From Ginglymostoma cirratum (Eukaryota), in NCBI GenBank assembly GCA_024137785.1, contig JAHRHZ010000283.1:59475309-59539308 (forward strand): a DNA stretch of 64,000 nt, written 5' to 3'. A model generated the notes under the pieces. It ran no database searches and was not told where the DNA came from. It worked only from the letters and a program-made list of their open reading frames with translations. How positions within the stretch are numbered: the stretch's first letter is position 1; every line of letters starts with the position of its first letter. This document shows, in pieces, positions 13,742 to 26,189 of this stretch. The translations under genes were made by a program, and so were the position numbers.

Positions 13742-14505
13742 CAGCCATGGCTCAGTGGTAGTGCTTTTTCCCTAGAGTCAGAAGGATGTGACTCCAAATC
13801 CAAAATCTTCAGTACCTGCTGTCTGTTGACAGTTCATAATCACCACTAAGGAGAGATGGGGCAGTGTTAATGTTGCTGGACTAGTTGTCCAAAACTGCAG
13901 GTTAATGTTCTGGGGACACAGGTTTGAATCCTACTATAAGATGGCAAAGTATGAAGTAAATAAAATTCTTGAATTAAACCTAGCCTAATGGCAACAATGT
14001 AACAATTGTCATGAAAGCAGATCTGGTTCACTAATTTCCTTTAGGGAAGGAAATCTTGTCATCCTTCCCTGGTCTGCATACATGACTCCAGATTCAAAGC
14101 AACGTGGTCAACTCTTAACTGTCCTCTGTCCTCCATTCAAGGGCAATTATGGATGGGCAACAAACACTGGCCATGCCAGTAATGCCTAACTCCCACGAAA
14201 CAGCAAAGAAACAGATGCAGTACTAAAGTATGACACTGTCAGGAGGTAACATTTTTCAGTGAGATATTAAACAATGACCACTTTAGAAGACACGAGGAGT
14301 TCCAAGGTCATGGCCAACACTGATCACTCAACAACACCCTAAATGAATTGTTTGTCATTTATCTAATTCACATTTTGGTATTACCTCACTGCACAAAGAT
14401 TGGTTCCACTATTTGCCTACATTACAAGAATCACTATAAAAGTTCTGCTCCGATAGTGAAGAACTTTGGAGCATTCAAAGGTTGGGAAAGATGCTGTACA
14501 CAATC
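13742..14505 (+). mobile_element. Deu-domain SINE (SacSINE1-like), split by a younger SINE
   Basis: tRNA-like head TGGCTCAGTGG at ~13748; Deu core remnants (tggccaacact..., cctacattacaa...actttgg...gaaagatgct) at 14215-14505. Confidence 0.6.
13855..14200 (+). mobile_element. tRNA-derived SINE, family 2
   Basis: B-box GGTTTGAATCC, core atctggttcactaat..ctttagggaaggaaa, tail gggcaa..aaacactggcc; further copies in the window. Confidence 0.75.
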
Positions 14506-14880
14506 ATAAAATGGTCACAGCACTGAAGGAGATCATTTGGTCCCTTCATGTCTACCCCGGCTTTCTGAAGGAGCAGCGTACCAAAAGCCACTACCTCTGC
14601 CTTCTTCCTTGCAGCTCTGCATATTCTGCCTTTTCAAATAAAAGGTGAAATCTTTTTCCCACAGAGAATAGTTAGGGCCTCAAAAGCACTGCCCGAGTGT
14701 GTACTGGAAGCAGGTTCAATGAAGAACTCAAAGGGAATTAGACCATTATCTGGAAAGATAACATGCGCAGGGTTACAAGGAGAGGGCTGGAGAATGGCAC
14801 TTAATTAATTGTATGGAGAGCAGTGCAGACAAGAAGGGCCAAATGGCCTCCTCCTGCAGGTTTAACAATTCCTTCATAAT
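14505..14880. mobile_element. CR1 LINE tail fragments (both orientations)
   Basis: ttcccacagagaatagttagggcc...gggccaaatggcctcctcctg is a CR1 3' end. Confidence 0.55.
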
Positions 14881-15105
14881 TCAATTCATTCTTGAATTCC
14901 CCAATGGAAACATGTACATTCCAGACTTGAACCCAACTGGCTGCATGAAGCTGTTTTCCCCCAGTGTTGTGTTTTTTTGCCAATTAGCCTCGTTCCATTT
15001 TCCCTTAGTTTCAGCCCTTCCATCAACAGTTTTTCCCCATTTCACTGTCATACAAATGCATTTCCTAGTTAGGGAGGGGAGAACATAAGGGTGGTGGGAC
15101 AGGAA

Positions 15106-15432
15106 CGGCAGCATAGTGGCTCAGTGGTTAGCACTGCTGCCTCACAGCGAGAGGGACATGGGTTTGATTCTCAGGCAACTGTGTGTGGAGTTTGTACATT
15201 CTCCCAGTGTCTGCATAGGTTTCCTCTGGGTGCTCCGGTTTCCTCCCACAGTTCAAAGACATACAGGTTAGGTAGATTGGCCATGGTAAATTGCCCATAG
15301 CATCCAGGGATGTGGGGTTGAGCCACTGGAAATGCAGGTTTGGGAGAGGGGTGAGTAGGAGTCTGGGTGGGATGTTCTTTGGAAGGCCAGTGTGGACATA
15401 TTGGGCCAAATGGCCTGTTTCCACACTGTAGG
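15106..15432 (+). mobile_element. HE1-like V-SINE (full length)
   Basis: A-box TGGCTCAGTGG, B-box GGTTTGATTC, V-domain ctgtgtggagtttgtacattctccc...ggtttcctcccacag, CR1-like tail gggccaaatggcctgtttccacactgtaggg. Confidence 0.85.
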
Positions 15433-15924
15433 GAGGAAGGAGTACAATGCAGTGCTGGGAAATGGAGAAGGAAATAGGTTCAAACTGTTGGCTATGAGAG
15501 GACAGGACATGTGCAAGCTTATCCACACTTCCTTTTTTACTCATGTTCCAAACAAGGTTAAGTCAATCGCTCCCTCAAACTACAATGGATGGGGGAAAAA
15601 AGGCCAACACCTATCATGATGTTAGGGTTTCATCCATCATGGAGGGGGTGTTGAGGGAGGTATGGAGAATTAAAAGCACAGCTACGCCAAGAATTAACTC
15701 TTGACTTTCTGTGGGGGACATGAGACTGAAACATTTGGTTTAGGAGCAAGGGAGAACCATCCTGATCCACCTATAATGGCAGTTTTGTCTGTGGTCTCAT
15801 CTACACTTTACTGTCAGCACCCCACAACTCACTGGTGAGTCAAAATCAGGCCAACCTGGCTCAAATTGGAAACCACCTGCACTCTATAGAACCTCAGAAA
15901 AGAATTCTCACACACCCTCACTCA

Positions 15925-16120
15925 GCTCCAAAGATGTCTGCGTTAGGTGGATTGGCCATACTGTCCAAGGATGTGCATTAGCCATGGTGGCTAGGTGGAT
16001 TAGCCATGAGAAATGTAGTGTCACAGGGATAGGGTTGGAAGGTGGGCCTGGGTAGAATGAGCCCACATCGACCCTCTGAAGGGCAATGGCCCGTTTCCAC
16101 GCTGTAGGCATTCCATGACT
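15925..16120 (+). mobile_element. HE1-like SINE 3' half
   Basis: ccaaagatgtctgcgttaggtggattggccat...aatggcccgtttccacgctgtagg. Confidence 0.7.
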
Positions 16121-16445
16121 AACCATCTCTAGTAATTCTTGTCTCCACAACAAGGAGAAAGTATCCCCCTAGTGTCCATCTCGAGATCTTAGATGCGTGA
16201 ACAAGATCACCACCGTGGGATAACAGGTGCAGGCCATTCAACCCATCGAGCCTGGCCCATCATTCAGTACCATCATGGTGTAACGCTGTACACCACAAGG
16301 ACTCAAAATCTCTCAATCTCTACCTTAGCCAGGACTGAACTTCCACAGGTCTCTATGGCAGAGAATTCCGACTCTCAGATCTGCGATGGATTCAGAAGTA
16401 TTCCCCTAAGGAATTTCCACACGTTCCCCCCGCAACCCGACTCAC

Positions 16446-16671
16446 CGGCAGTGCTGGAGGCCGGGCTTTCAGGGCAGCGCTGCCCTTGCCCCTGTTGCTT
16501 CTCCTGCAGGACGAGCTCGGTCAGAGGTGCCTGGAGTTTCTGCTGCAAGAGGCGGACTCCGCTCAGGACACCCGGGATGGTGCAGGAGGTGCGGACAGTG
16601 AAGTGGCGGCGCTCGCCGCTCCGGGAGCTCAGCTCCCCGCACAGCTCGCACTCAGAGGCCGGGGCGGACAT
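16446..16671 (-). CDS. GON7: GON7 (C14orf142, KEOPS subunit) exon 1
   Basis: MSAPASECELCGELSSRSGERRHFTV...GVLSGVRLLQQKLQAPLTELVLQE resembles human MELLGEYVGQEGKPQKLRV...GLLSGVAQMKDMVTELFDPLVQGE; GTGAGT donor at 16445; 226 nt, phase 1; head-to-head with UBR7 as in human. Confidence 0.88.
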
Positions 16672-16980
16672 TCCGACAGCGGGGTTGCTGAGTACCCGGG
16701 CACAGGGCCGCCTCTTACTATCGGCAGCGGAAGAAAATAATCAGTAATAGGTGGTAGCAAAAGAGACAGCGCAGCGCAGGCAGCTTTCCGGTAAATAGAC
16801 GTAACAATAAGAGACCCCCCCCAAAGTCACCAAGTGCAGGATCCGGGAGCGGCCCTCAGTCTCTTATTTACAGCGGGCGGCGTATTTAGTGAAACAGGGT
16901 TAGAGTTAAGGGGGGGGGGGGGAAACGCAGCTTTAAATAGCCCCAACCCGGAAGTCTTTGTACATTTCGAGATGGCGGCA
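16672..16980. promoter_or_regulatory. Bidirectional CpG-island promoter of GON7 and UBR7
   Basis: 300 bp between divergent ATGs; CpG-rich; ETS/GABP sites TTCCGGT 16786-16792 and CCGGAAGT 16948-16955; YY1-like AGATGGCGGC 16970-16979. Confidence 0.8.
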
Positions 16981-17124
16981 AACGAAGGGAATCACAAGCG
17001 GCCGCTAGAAGAGGAAGATCCCATCGTATCTCTAGCCGATGTTCTGGAAGAGGATGAGGAGCTGGAGAACGAAGCCTGCGCCGTTTTAGGCGGCAGCGAC
17101 TCCGATAAATGTTCCTACTCGGAC
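16972..17124 (+). CDS. UBR7: UBR7 exon 1
   Basis: MAANEG...VSLADVLEEDEELENEACAVLGGSDSDKCSYSD; donor GTGAGG; phase 0. Confidence 0.95.
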
Positions 17125-18099
17125 GTGAGGTTTTATTTCTGACGGTGTGCCGGTGATTTTGGGGGGTGTGGGGTGTTGGAATGTGTTCTTTGTCTGTGCG
17201 GAGCTCCTTGGAATCGTGCAATTCCCCCCCGCCCCCTCCCCATCCCAGTCCGACCCCCACGCTCGGGTCGAGGTCTTGAACTGGGGGAATCTTGATTCAC
17301 AGCTGGAAAGGGGCGTGCATGCTATAAAGAAATATTTGTAACTGTATGTCCTTGTGTATATGTGCGCGGTTATCATCTGATTTCACTCCTCTTCTTCCCC
17401 CCCCCCCCAACTCCCAAAAGAAATCATAAACCCACAACAATGCAGGAACCATCCGATTCCAACTGACTCTGCGGATGGAAAATTAGCATCTTTTATGAAA
17501 GAAACACGATTTTTAAAAAATACCCGTGGTTTGAGGGTGCAATGTTGATGGTTGCTGCAGATTGGTGGGTCCCTATAGATTCAGCAACAACAGCCGTGTT
17601 AATTACATCTCCATATCAGCCCTCCCGCCCCCCTTCCATCTGGCGCCTTTTTCATGTCATATGTTTAAGCCTTTGTGATTGGCCAGAGCGCAGAGGATTG
17701 GTTACAATTTGGAATGTTGATACTTGTCTAGGGGCGGGGCCAGGGACTGGTGGAGGATGGGGAAGGGCATTCCTGATCTGTCGTGGTGGCACGGGGTGGG
17801 AGATCGGTGGGCATCAGATCTGTGGGACTCTGGGGCGGGTTTGTGAAGTCTGCATCTCCTGGATTCAGGGAGCTTGTTCTGTGCTCCATTTGCTTTGTAC
17901 GATCCGACACCGCGAATCCGAAGGCCCTGAGCAGCCGCAGGCTGAGAGTTGGGCTGCCACCGTCCCTACAGAACTAGTGGAGACCCGCACGCTGTCCGTA
18001 GATGTTGCAATGACTGAGCTGCTGCTTCATCTGCTAACTGGACAGTGTGTCAACAGCTAACGTTAAAGTGATGGAGAGTGCCTCAGGAATGTAGCGAAG

Positions 18100-18530
18100 C
18101 AAAATCTGAGACTAACCATGTAAGGAAATACCATGGCAAAAGCTGAATAGGTTGGGCAAAGAGGTCATTTTGAAGTGGCACCTTGAAAGGATGGAGAAGA
18201 TGTGGCGATTCAAGGAGAATGTTCCATAGCCTATAACACTGAGGACAATGCTTTCAGCCCCTTTATGGTGGAGTGATGAAAATCAGGGAGGCCAGAGTTA
18301 AACATAGAGATAGCGTGGAGGGTTTTTGGATTATGGAGAGGAATGAGGTCAAGGATAGACTTGAAAATAAGGTTGAATTATATAAAATCAAGTCTTTGCT
18401 TGATTGGAAGTCAGTGTAGTTCATTGAGCACAGGGTTGGTGCAAATTTTTTCAGCGCAACAGATGTTTGTGTGAGCTCTAGTTTGAGTGTGCAATATCGG
18501 GAACCAGTCAGGATGTGTAGGGTCACACTT
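18100..18530 (-). mobile_element. Old L2-like LINE fragment
   Basis: Decayed purine-rich sequence resembling the reverse strand of an L2 3' region; no intact frame. Confidence 0.35.
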
Positions 18531-18634
18531 CTATATTCAAGTTATTTCTGTTTGTTGTGCACAACAATGTTTCTTTCAGCTGAAGGTATGAAAGAAAGAA
18601 ATCAAAGAAATCTATTGTGATTGGCATTTTTCAA

Positions 18635-21406
18635 AGAACAAAGAAAACTTACAGCCCAGGAACAGGCCCTTAGGCCCTCCAAGCCTGTGCCGATCCAAAT
18701 CCACTGTCTAAACCTATCGCCCAATTCCTAAGGATCTGTATCCTTCTGCTCCCCACCTACTCGTGCATCTGTCCAGACGCACCTTAAATGAATCTACCGT
18801 GCCTGCCTCTACTACCTCTGCTGGGAACGCGTTCCAGGCACCTACCACCCTCTGTGTAAAGTACTTTCCCCGTGGATCCCCCTTAAACTTTTCTCCTCTC
18901 ACCTTGAACGCATGACCCCTCGTTATTGAATCCCTCACCCTGGGAAAAAGCTTATCTCTATCAACCCTGTCTATACCCTTCATGATTTTGAAGACCTCAA
19001 TCAGGTTCCCCACTCAATCTCCTTTTTTCTAATGAAAACAATCCTAACCTACTCAACCTCTCTTCATAGCTAGCACCTTCCATACCAGGCAACATCCTCG
19101 TAAACCTTCTCTGTACCCTCTCCAAAGCTTCCACATCCTTTTGGTAATGTGGCGACCAGAACTGCACACAGTATTCTAAATGCAGCCGAACCAAAGTCTT
19201 GTACAATTTTAACATGACCTGCCAGCTCTTATACTCAATACCCTGTCCGATGAAGGCAAGCATACCATATGCCTTCTTGACCACTCTATCCACCTGCGCA
19301 GCCACCTTCAGGGTACAATGGACCTGAACTCCCAGATCTCTCTGCTCATCAACTTTTCCCAAGGCTCTTCCGTTTACAGTATAGTTCGCTGTAGAATTAG
19401 ACCTCCCAAAATGCATCACCTCACACTTGCCCGGATTGAACTCCATCTGCCACTTCTCCGCCCAACTCTCCAGTCTATCGATATTCTCCTGTATTCTTTG
19501 ACAATCCCCTATGCTTTCTGCTACTCCCCCAATCTTCGTGTCATCTGCAAACTTACTGATCAGACCACTTATGCCCTCTTCCAGATCATTTATGTATATC
19601 ACAAACAACAGTGGCCCCAGCACTGATCCCTGTGGAACACCACTGGTCACCTTTCTCCATTTCGAGAAACTCCCTTCAACTACTACTCTCTGTCTCCTGT
19701 TGCTCAACCAGTTCTTTATCCACCTAGCTAGAACACCCTGCACACCATGTGACTTCACTTTCTCCATTAGTTTACGATGGGGAACCTTATCGAACGCCTT
19801 ACTAAAGGCCATGTAGATGACATCTACAGCCCTTCCTTCATCTATCAACTTGGTCACTTCCTCAAAGAACTCTATTAAGTTAGTAAGGCATGATCTCCCC
19901 TGCACAAAACCATGTTGCCTATCACTGATAAGCCCATTCTTTTCCAAATATAAATAGATTCTATCCCTCAGTACCTTCTCCAGCAACTTTCCCACCACTG
20001 ACGTCAGGCTTACTGGTCTGTAGTTACCTGGAATATCCCTACTACCCTTCTTGTACAGGGGGACAACATGAGCAACTCTCCAGTCCTCCGGCACTTCACC
20101 TGTGTTTAAGGATGCTACAAAGATATCTGTCAGGGCCCCAGCTATTTCCTCTCTCGCCTCCCTCAGCATCCTGGGATAGATCCCATCCGGTCCTGGGGAT
20201 TTGTCCACCTTAATATCCTTTAGCCTACCCAACACATCTTCCCTCCTTATGTCAACGTGATCCAGAGTAAACAAACTTCTATCTCTAATCTCAACATTCA
20301 TCATGTCCCTCTCCTCAGTGAACACTGATGTAAAGTAATCATTGAGAATCTCACCCATTTTCTCAGGTTCGACACAAAACCTTCCTTCCTTATCCTTTAG
20401 TGGACCAATCCTTTCTCTAGTTACCCTCCTGCTTCTTATATATGAATAAAAGGCCTTGGGATTCTCCTTAATTCTGTTGGCTAAAGTTATTTCATGACCC
20501 CTTTTAGCCCGCTTGATTCCTCGTTTAAGATTGGTCCTACTCTCCCGATATTCCTCCAAGGACCGTTCTGTTCTTAGCTGCCTGGACCTTATGTACGCTT
20601 CCCTTTTCCTCTTGACTAGTCGCACGATTTCTCCTGTCATCCACGGTTCACGAATCTTTTCTTTCCTTTCCTATCCCTTGTTTTCAAAGGGACATGCCTA
20701 TCCTGCACTATCTTCAACCTATCTTTGAAAGCCTCCCACATATCAAATGTGGACTTCCCTTCAAATAGCTGTCCCCAATCCACATTTCCCAGCTCCTGCC
20801 GAATTTGGATATAATTGGCCTTGGCCCAGTTTAGTATTCCTCCCTTAGGACCACTCTCATCTTTGTCTACGAGTATTCTCAAACTCACAGAATTGTGGTC
20901 ACTGTTCCCAAAGAAATCCCCCACTGCAACTTCTACCACCTGGCCTGGCTCATTCCCCAACACTAGGTCCAATATGGCCCCTTCCCTAGTTGGACTATTG
21001 ACATACTGCTCTAGAAAACTTTCCTGGATGCTCCTTACAAATTCTGCCCCATCCAGACCTCTGACACTAAGCGTATCCCAGTCAATGTTGGGAAAATTAA
21101 AATCTCCCATCACCACCACCCTGTTACCTCTACATCTTTCCATAATCTGTCAACCTATTTGTTCTTCTACCTCACGCTCACTGTTGGGAGGCCTGTAGTA
21201 CAGCGCCAACAATGTAACTGCACCCTTCTTATTTCTCAGCTCTACCCATAATGCCTCACTGTTCAAGCCCTCCATCGTGCCCTCCTTCAGCATAGCCGTG
21301 ATATCATCCCTGACCAGCAATGCAACTCCTCCCCCACTTTTACTTCCCTCCCTGTCCTGTCTGAAGCATCTATATCCTGGGTCATTTAGTTGCCAATCAT
21401 CCCCTT
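18635..21406 (-). mobile_element. Young 5'-truncated CR1 LINE (APE endonuclease + RT ORF2), inactivated
   Basis: Consecutive ORFs give [51 protein letters not shown]; broken by one TGA (~21150) and two frameshifts (~20660, ~19010); possible TTTCAA duplication at 18629-18634 and 21405-21410. Confidence 0.95.
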
Positions 21407-21559
21407 TCAAGGTGGTTAACACTTCCTTTCAAGTTAGGATCTGGCCCTCCAGACTGCTTCATTATTTGTGGGAAGTCTTGCACGAAACCATTTTTGAAAG
21501 CCATTAGACTGTTGAATTCTGGTGTAGACAACCCATTTCATTTTGTACAACTCTTTGTT

Positions 21560-22020
21560 GGCACTGGATAACTGTTAATCCAGAGACCAAGGTCATGTTC
21601 TGGTAACATGAGTTCAAATCCCACCATGGCGGGTGGTGGAATTTGAATTCAATAATAGTCTGGAATTAAGAGTTTGATGACTGTGTAATGGTTGCCAATT
21701 GTCAGGAAAAAAACTCATCTGGTTCACTCATTTTCTTTGGCTGGCCTGTTGGCTTGGTGGTCAGCACTGCTCCCCCACAGCACCAGGGACCCGGCTTCAA
21801 TTCCAGCCTCGGGTGACTGTGTGTGGAGTGTGCGTGTTTTCCCTGTATCTGTGTGGGTTTCCTCCACAGTCCAAAGGTGTGCAGGTTAGGTGAATTGGCG
21901 ATACTAAATTGTCCAGTGTCCAGGGATGTGTAGGTTAGGTGGATTAGCCATGGGATATGCAGAGCTACGGGGATAGGGTAGAGAAATCACATGTTTCTAC
22001 ACTGTAGGGATTCTAGATTA
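21560..22020 (+). mobile_element. Family-2 SINE 5' part followed by an HE1-like V-SINE
   Basis: GAGTTCAAATCCCACCATGG head at ~21610; V-domain and ctgtagggattcta tail at 21752-22020. Confidence 0.75.
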
Positions 22021-22074
22021 GAACTCGGGAAGCTTCTGACTTTTGAGATGTTTTCCATTCAAGTATTCAAAGAT

Positions 22075-22165
22075 GTCATTACACACCTTTGGGGCAGGTG
22101 GGACTTGAAACCTGGCTTCCTGGTTCAGAGGTTGGGACACTAATCCTGCACCACAAGAACCCTTA
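22075..22165 (-). mobile_element. Short tRNA-derived SINE head
   Basis: Reverse complement reads gggttcttgtggtgcagg...ggtttcaagtcccacc (A/B-box-like); relatives at 28215-28424. Confidence 0.5.
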
Positions 22166-22448
22166 GCTCCTGACTTAGATACTTAATTTGTGCTTAGTCA
22201 ACTTAGAAACATCTTGTCCAAAGTCAAAACTGTAATCCCTCCTCACTGCCCTATATTAATCTAGAATGTATTTCATTAGGTGGTAGAACAGTACTGTAAG
22301 CTCATTTTCACTCCCTGCGCAGTCAATTTAATTCTGCTGTTAACCTCTCGTGGATTTGCTCTATATCAGTTGTTGCATTAATGGTCGGAAAATGTTGCAG
22401 CTGCACTTGTAATCTCTTCCATTCTAACTGTTGCTGTTTTCCTGACAG

Positions 22449-22582
22449 GGCTATGTGAAGAGACAGGCATTGTATGCTTGTAATACTTGTACACCAAAGG
22501 GAGGACAGCCTGCTGGCATTTGTCTAGCCTGTAGCTACAAGTGTCATGAAGGCCATGAGTTGTTTGAATTGTACACTAAAAG
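22449..22582 (+). CDS. UBR7: UBR7 exon 2 (UBR-box)
   Basis: GYVKRQALYACNTCTPKGGQPAGICLACSYKCHEGHELFELYTK(R); AG/GT flanks; 134 nt. Confidence 0.95.
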
Positions 22583-23429
22583 GTACAGCGTTGCTCTCCA
22601 TCACACTTCAAGCTGAGAGTTAAGGCACTAAATTGGGCAGTGAAGGGAAATCCAGAACAATTGTATAATGCATCAAGGCAGTGATGTAAGTGAGCACAGC
22701 CTCAGGGTTGTGAGGATATGAAGTAGTGGAAGGCTGGTTAAGGTCAGGATACTGGGCTTTTACTCACAACATTGGATAAGAGTGGTATTTTCAAACTGCA
22801 GTCTGTACCACATGCACCTGCCAAGCTCTGGTAACCTGCCCATGAATTTTTACTGAATGTATTTCCATTTGTGCTTATTTATGGCACTGCAAGTTGGAAA
22901 CTCTGTTCCAGGTGCTATTGCCTAATTGGCAGATAAACCTGCAAACAAGATTTGCTCGTACCTGTGACCAAGGACCCATGAAATAAACAGAAACTTTAAT
23001 TTCAAACTTTATATGTGCCCCTGTGAAGCTCCTTGTGGTGCTTGTGTGCTGTATCCCACTGAGCCGTCTCTAACGGATGGTGTGCTGAAGGGTGAAATCA
23101 AATAGTGGAATGTTTGGGTGTTGAAGGCCCACCGACAATATGAGATGAAATCTGTTGCAGGTACCAATGCAAAAACATTTGCTTGAATAAGAATTCCTGG
23201 TTTTGTTTTACAGCAGTAGGAAATGATGGTATTTTTAATATTCTGTAAGAATTAGTGAAACACTAGCTATAATTAAGTAATACTTAATACCTGTTTGATA
23301 TTAGATTGTCAAAGAATGTAATGTTTAAAAGAAAAGATTTTAAACAGAGTCATTGTTGTTATTTTTTAAAAAAATCCTGGTGTTGCAGGGTAATTTCCCA
23401 TCACTAAAATGTACTAACTTGTATTCTAG

Positions 23430-23490
23430 AAACTTTCGTTGTGATTGTGGGAACAGCAAATTTAACAATCTGCAGTGCAAGTTTTTCTCG
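23430..23490 (+). CDS. UBR7: UBR7 exon 3
   Basis: NFRCDCGNSKFNNLQCKFFS; 61 nt; GTAAGT donor. Confidence 0.95.
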
Positions 23491-23582
23491 GTAAGTTTTT
23501 CTCGCAGTGGTTATTAACCAGTTTTAATTGGAGTCCATTTTCCATGTGCACTTAATGACAATACTTTAGGTGCTGTTTTCAC

Positions 23583-23792
23583 AGAATCACAGAAACCCTA
23601 CAGAGTGGAATCAGGCCATTCAGCCCAACGTGTCCACACTGCCCCTCCGAAGAACATTTCACCCAGACCCATTATCCTATCCCTGCACTTCCCATGTCTA
23701 ACCCACGTAACCTAAACATCCCTGGACACTATGGGGAATTTAGCATGGCCAGTCCACCTAACCTGCACATCTTTGGACTGTGGGAGGAAACC
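23583..23792 (-). mobile_element. HE1-like SINE 3' part
   Basis: Reverse complement of the V-SINE end and CR1-like tail. Confidence 0.75.
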
Positions 23793-23999
23793 ATCTTGAA
23801 GCTTGTCTGTAGGCAGTAAGAAACATGAGTGAATCTAGTGTTTTAATGTACATGTTGAGATCTTGTAGTTAGCTTTTAATGTGAGCTGCATGCTCCACCC
23901 ACCAATGCACCAAGCTGTACTCATGTGTACTTTTCCATGCCAGTTGTAAGTACTAGTTTTTGGCTGCATCTACCCACTCCCGTAACAATTGCTTTTGGG

Positions 24000-24132
24000 C
24001 CAAGCAGAAATGCTGGAGATATGAACCAAAAAACAGAAAATTTTCAAAACACTTAGCAGGTCAAGCAACATCTATGGAAAGTGAAGCAAAGTTAATGCTC
24101 CAGGTCTGTGTGTACTTTCATCAAAACCAGTT
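24000..24132 (-). mobile_element. Degraded Penelope-like pLTR end
   Basis: aaatgctggaga...agcaggtcaagcaacatctatgga...gttaatg...ctttcatcaaaac; hammerhead core decayed. Confidence 0.5.
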
Positions 24133-25416
24133 TCTCATGTTATAATTGTCCTTTAGTGATTGACTACATCAGCAAAAGAGGATCCAGTTCTGAAAATCCT
24201 ATGATCTCTGCACCTTCGTAAAGGATCCAGTTCCTGAAAGTTAACATTACAATTGCATGCATTAAATCACTAGCTTAGAATAAGAACAATTGATCAACAA
24301 GCATTAGGTGGAGGCCAAATTCCAAATGTAATTGGAAGCTAAAGATTGAAGATATTATCTAACATTAATAAAGATCATTTTGGAAATTGGTTTAACTTTA
24401 TAATTAACACTGATAACAGAATGGTCCTGCAATTGCACATGGTAATGATTGTGGAATCAAATCTAAATGGAAGCATAAAGAGACCACCATAATTCAATAA
24501 TGCTGGGGGTGGGGGTGGGGGGTGTGTGCGGTTGTGGTGGAGGAGGAGCCTACTGGTCATGCTCAGCCTTGAAATAACCCTCTACTATAAAGACAAACAT
24601 ACAAAATTGAAAGGCAAGAAAGATTTGTAGTACATCAAGATTGTCTTGAGTCTTTACAGTGGCTGGAGTAACAGGACGAGATGCTGCTTATCCATCTCCT
24701 CCTTCCACTGCTCTGTGTTGTCTTAAGAGAAGCAAATCCAAGAAGAAAAACCTAGAGTTGTGGGGGATGACAGGAGGTCGAAAGGAAAATTCCCCTTCAA
24801 TTCCTTGGATGGGGACAGCAGCTCTGCTGCTACTCTGTTGCAAAGTGAAGGAATTGAGTAAGATGTTCCTTTCTGCATTGGAGGTGCTAGACCTGTGAGC
24901 TGATCAATGTGTTTTGGGAGAGGGCAATAATGGAAAAGGTAAAGAAACAAGGTAGGAGTAATGGAGAGCTAGGAGAATGACAAATTAGGTGAATCTGAAT
25001 GATAATGTGAGCCCAAGGAGAGGGTCTGACACAGAAGCATCATTCAATGTTGTGGCTTTTGGCATGTTAATTTCATTTTGGGCTTTTTCTTTCCTCAATC
25101 TAGAATATTGCATTTTGTAAATACATTGCACACAGGGTATACAATATGCTGCTGTAGAGGGTGAATCGATGATTCATCAATGTTTTTTTTTCTATTGTGC
25201 TTTTTCCAGTTGCATTTTCTCGAAGCTATTTCATTGCTGGACTGTTTCATATTCTTGCTTTTATTTATTATCACAGTGAGCCTGATAACCATCAGAAAAT
25301 GTCATGTGAGATACAAAATGTGTTTGACTTTTATCTTAATGGAGTGGTAGTTGGGTTCAGTGCCTGTCATTATGTCAGCAGCTGATTTTCTCTTTTTTTT
25401 TTGTTGTTGTTAACAG

Positions 25417-25512
25417 GAAAAAGACAAAGCAAATTATGGCAATAAATATAATGATAATTTCTTTGGACTGTACTGTATCTGTAAGAGGCCTTACCCAGAT
25501 CCTGAGGATGAG
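25417..25512 (+). CDS. UBR7: UBR7 exon 4
   Basis: EKDKANYGNKYNDNFFGLYCICKRPYPDPEDE; 96 nt. Confidence 0.95.
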
Positions 25513-25609
25513 GTAAGATATTCAGATTCTGGTCTGGGTAGTGCTGCATAGTTTTGGTAATAAAGCCAGCTGAGTGTCTTATGGTGCCTGTGTATCCTTA
25601 TTTCTCTAG

Positions 25610-25663
25610 ACACCTGATGAAATGATTCAATGTGTTGTGTGTGAAGACTGGTTTCATGGAAGG
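25610..25663 (+). CDS. UBR7: UBR7 exon 5 (PHD finger)
   Basis: TPDEMIQCVVCEDWFHGR; 54 nt, after a 97-nt intron. Confidence 0.95.
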
Positions 25664-26189
25664 GTAAGGCAACTTCATATAAATACATGCAGTGGAAATC
25701 CATTATAATTATTATGACTCATTGTACCTCAAATTAGTCTCTCTATGAATGTTTGTTTGTGGTTCCCAAAGGAGGTGAATCTTCCTTTTTACTGGTTTAA
25801 AAATTTGAGAAGGCAGGTTTTTTTTAAAATTAACATGGTCTTGCAGTAATGGGCTTTTGCTTTTTGGACCTCAATATTAATGTTATAATGGATTTACACT
25901 TTTTTAATTTTAAAATTCCTAATTACTTATTGTTTTGGAACCACTGAGGTTTGTAGAACATGGCTGATCATTTTTCAGTCCAAAAGCAATTCCACTGACC
26001 TTTTCCCTGTCACCTTTTATCACTCGCTTCTAATATTTTTTCACATTTCCTTTTAAAGAGATGCAATAGAGTCTGTACTTTAACCATGGCTTGTGGCAAA
26101 CATTTCATATTCCACCAGCGGTTCACTACGGGGAAGAGGGGTGGGGGTGTGGCTGATGATACTAAAAATAGATGGGAGGGCACGTTATG

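Noticed and set aside
15106-15180. tRNA-like A/B boxes (also 13745, 21600, 22075)
   Set aside because: SINE heads; no complete cloverleaf, and they continue into SINE cores.
16193-16747. 184-aa and 84-aa plus-strand ORFs
   Set aside because: Antisense shadows of GC-rich GON7 exon 1; no recognisable domain.
17542-18060. 172-aa ORF in UBR7 intron 1
   Set aside because: Non-ATG-biased GC-rich, stop-poor sequence with no homology or splice support that I can recognise.
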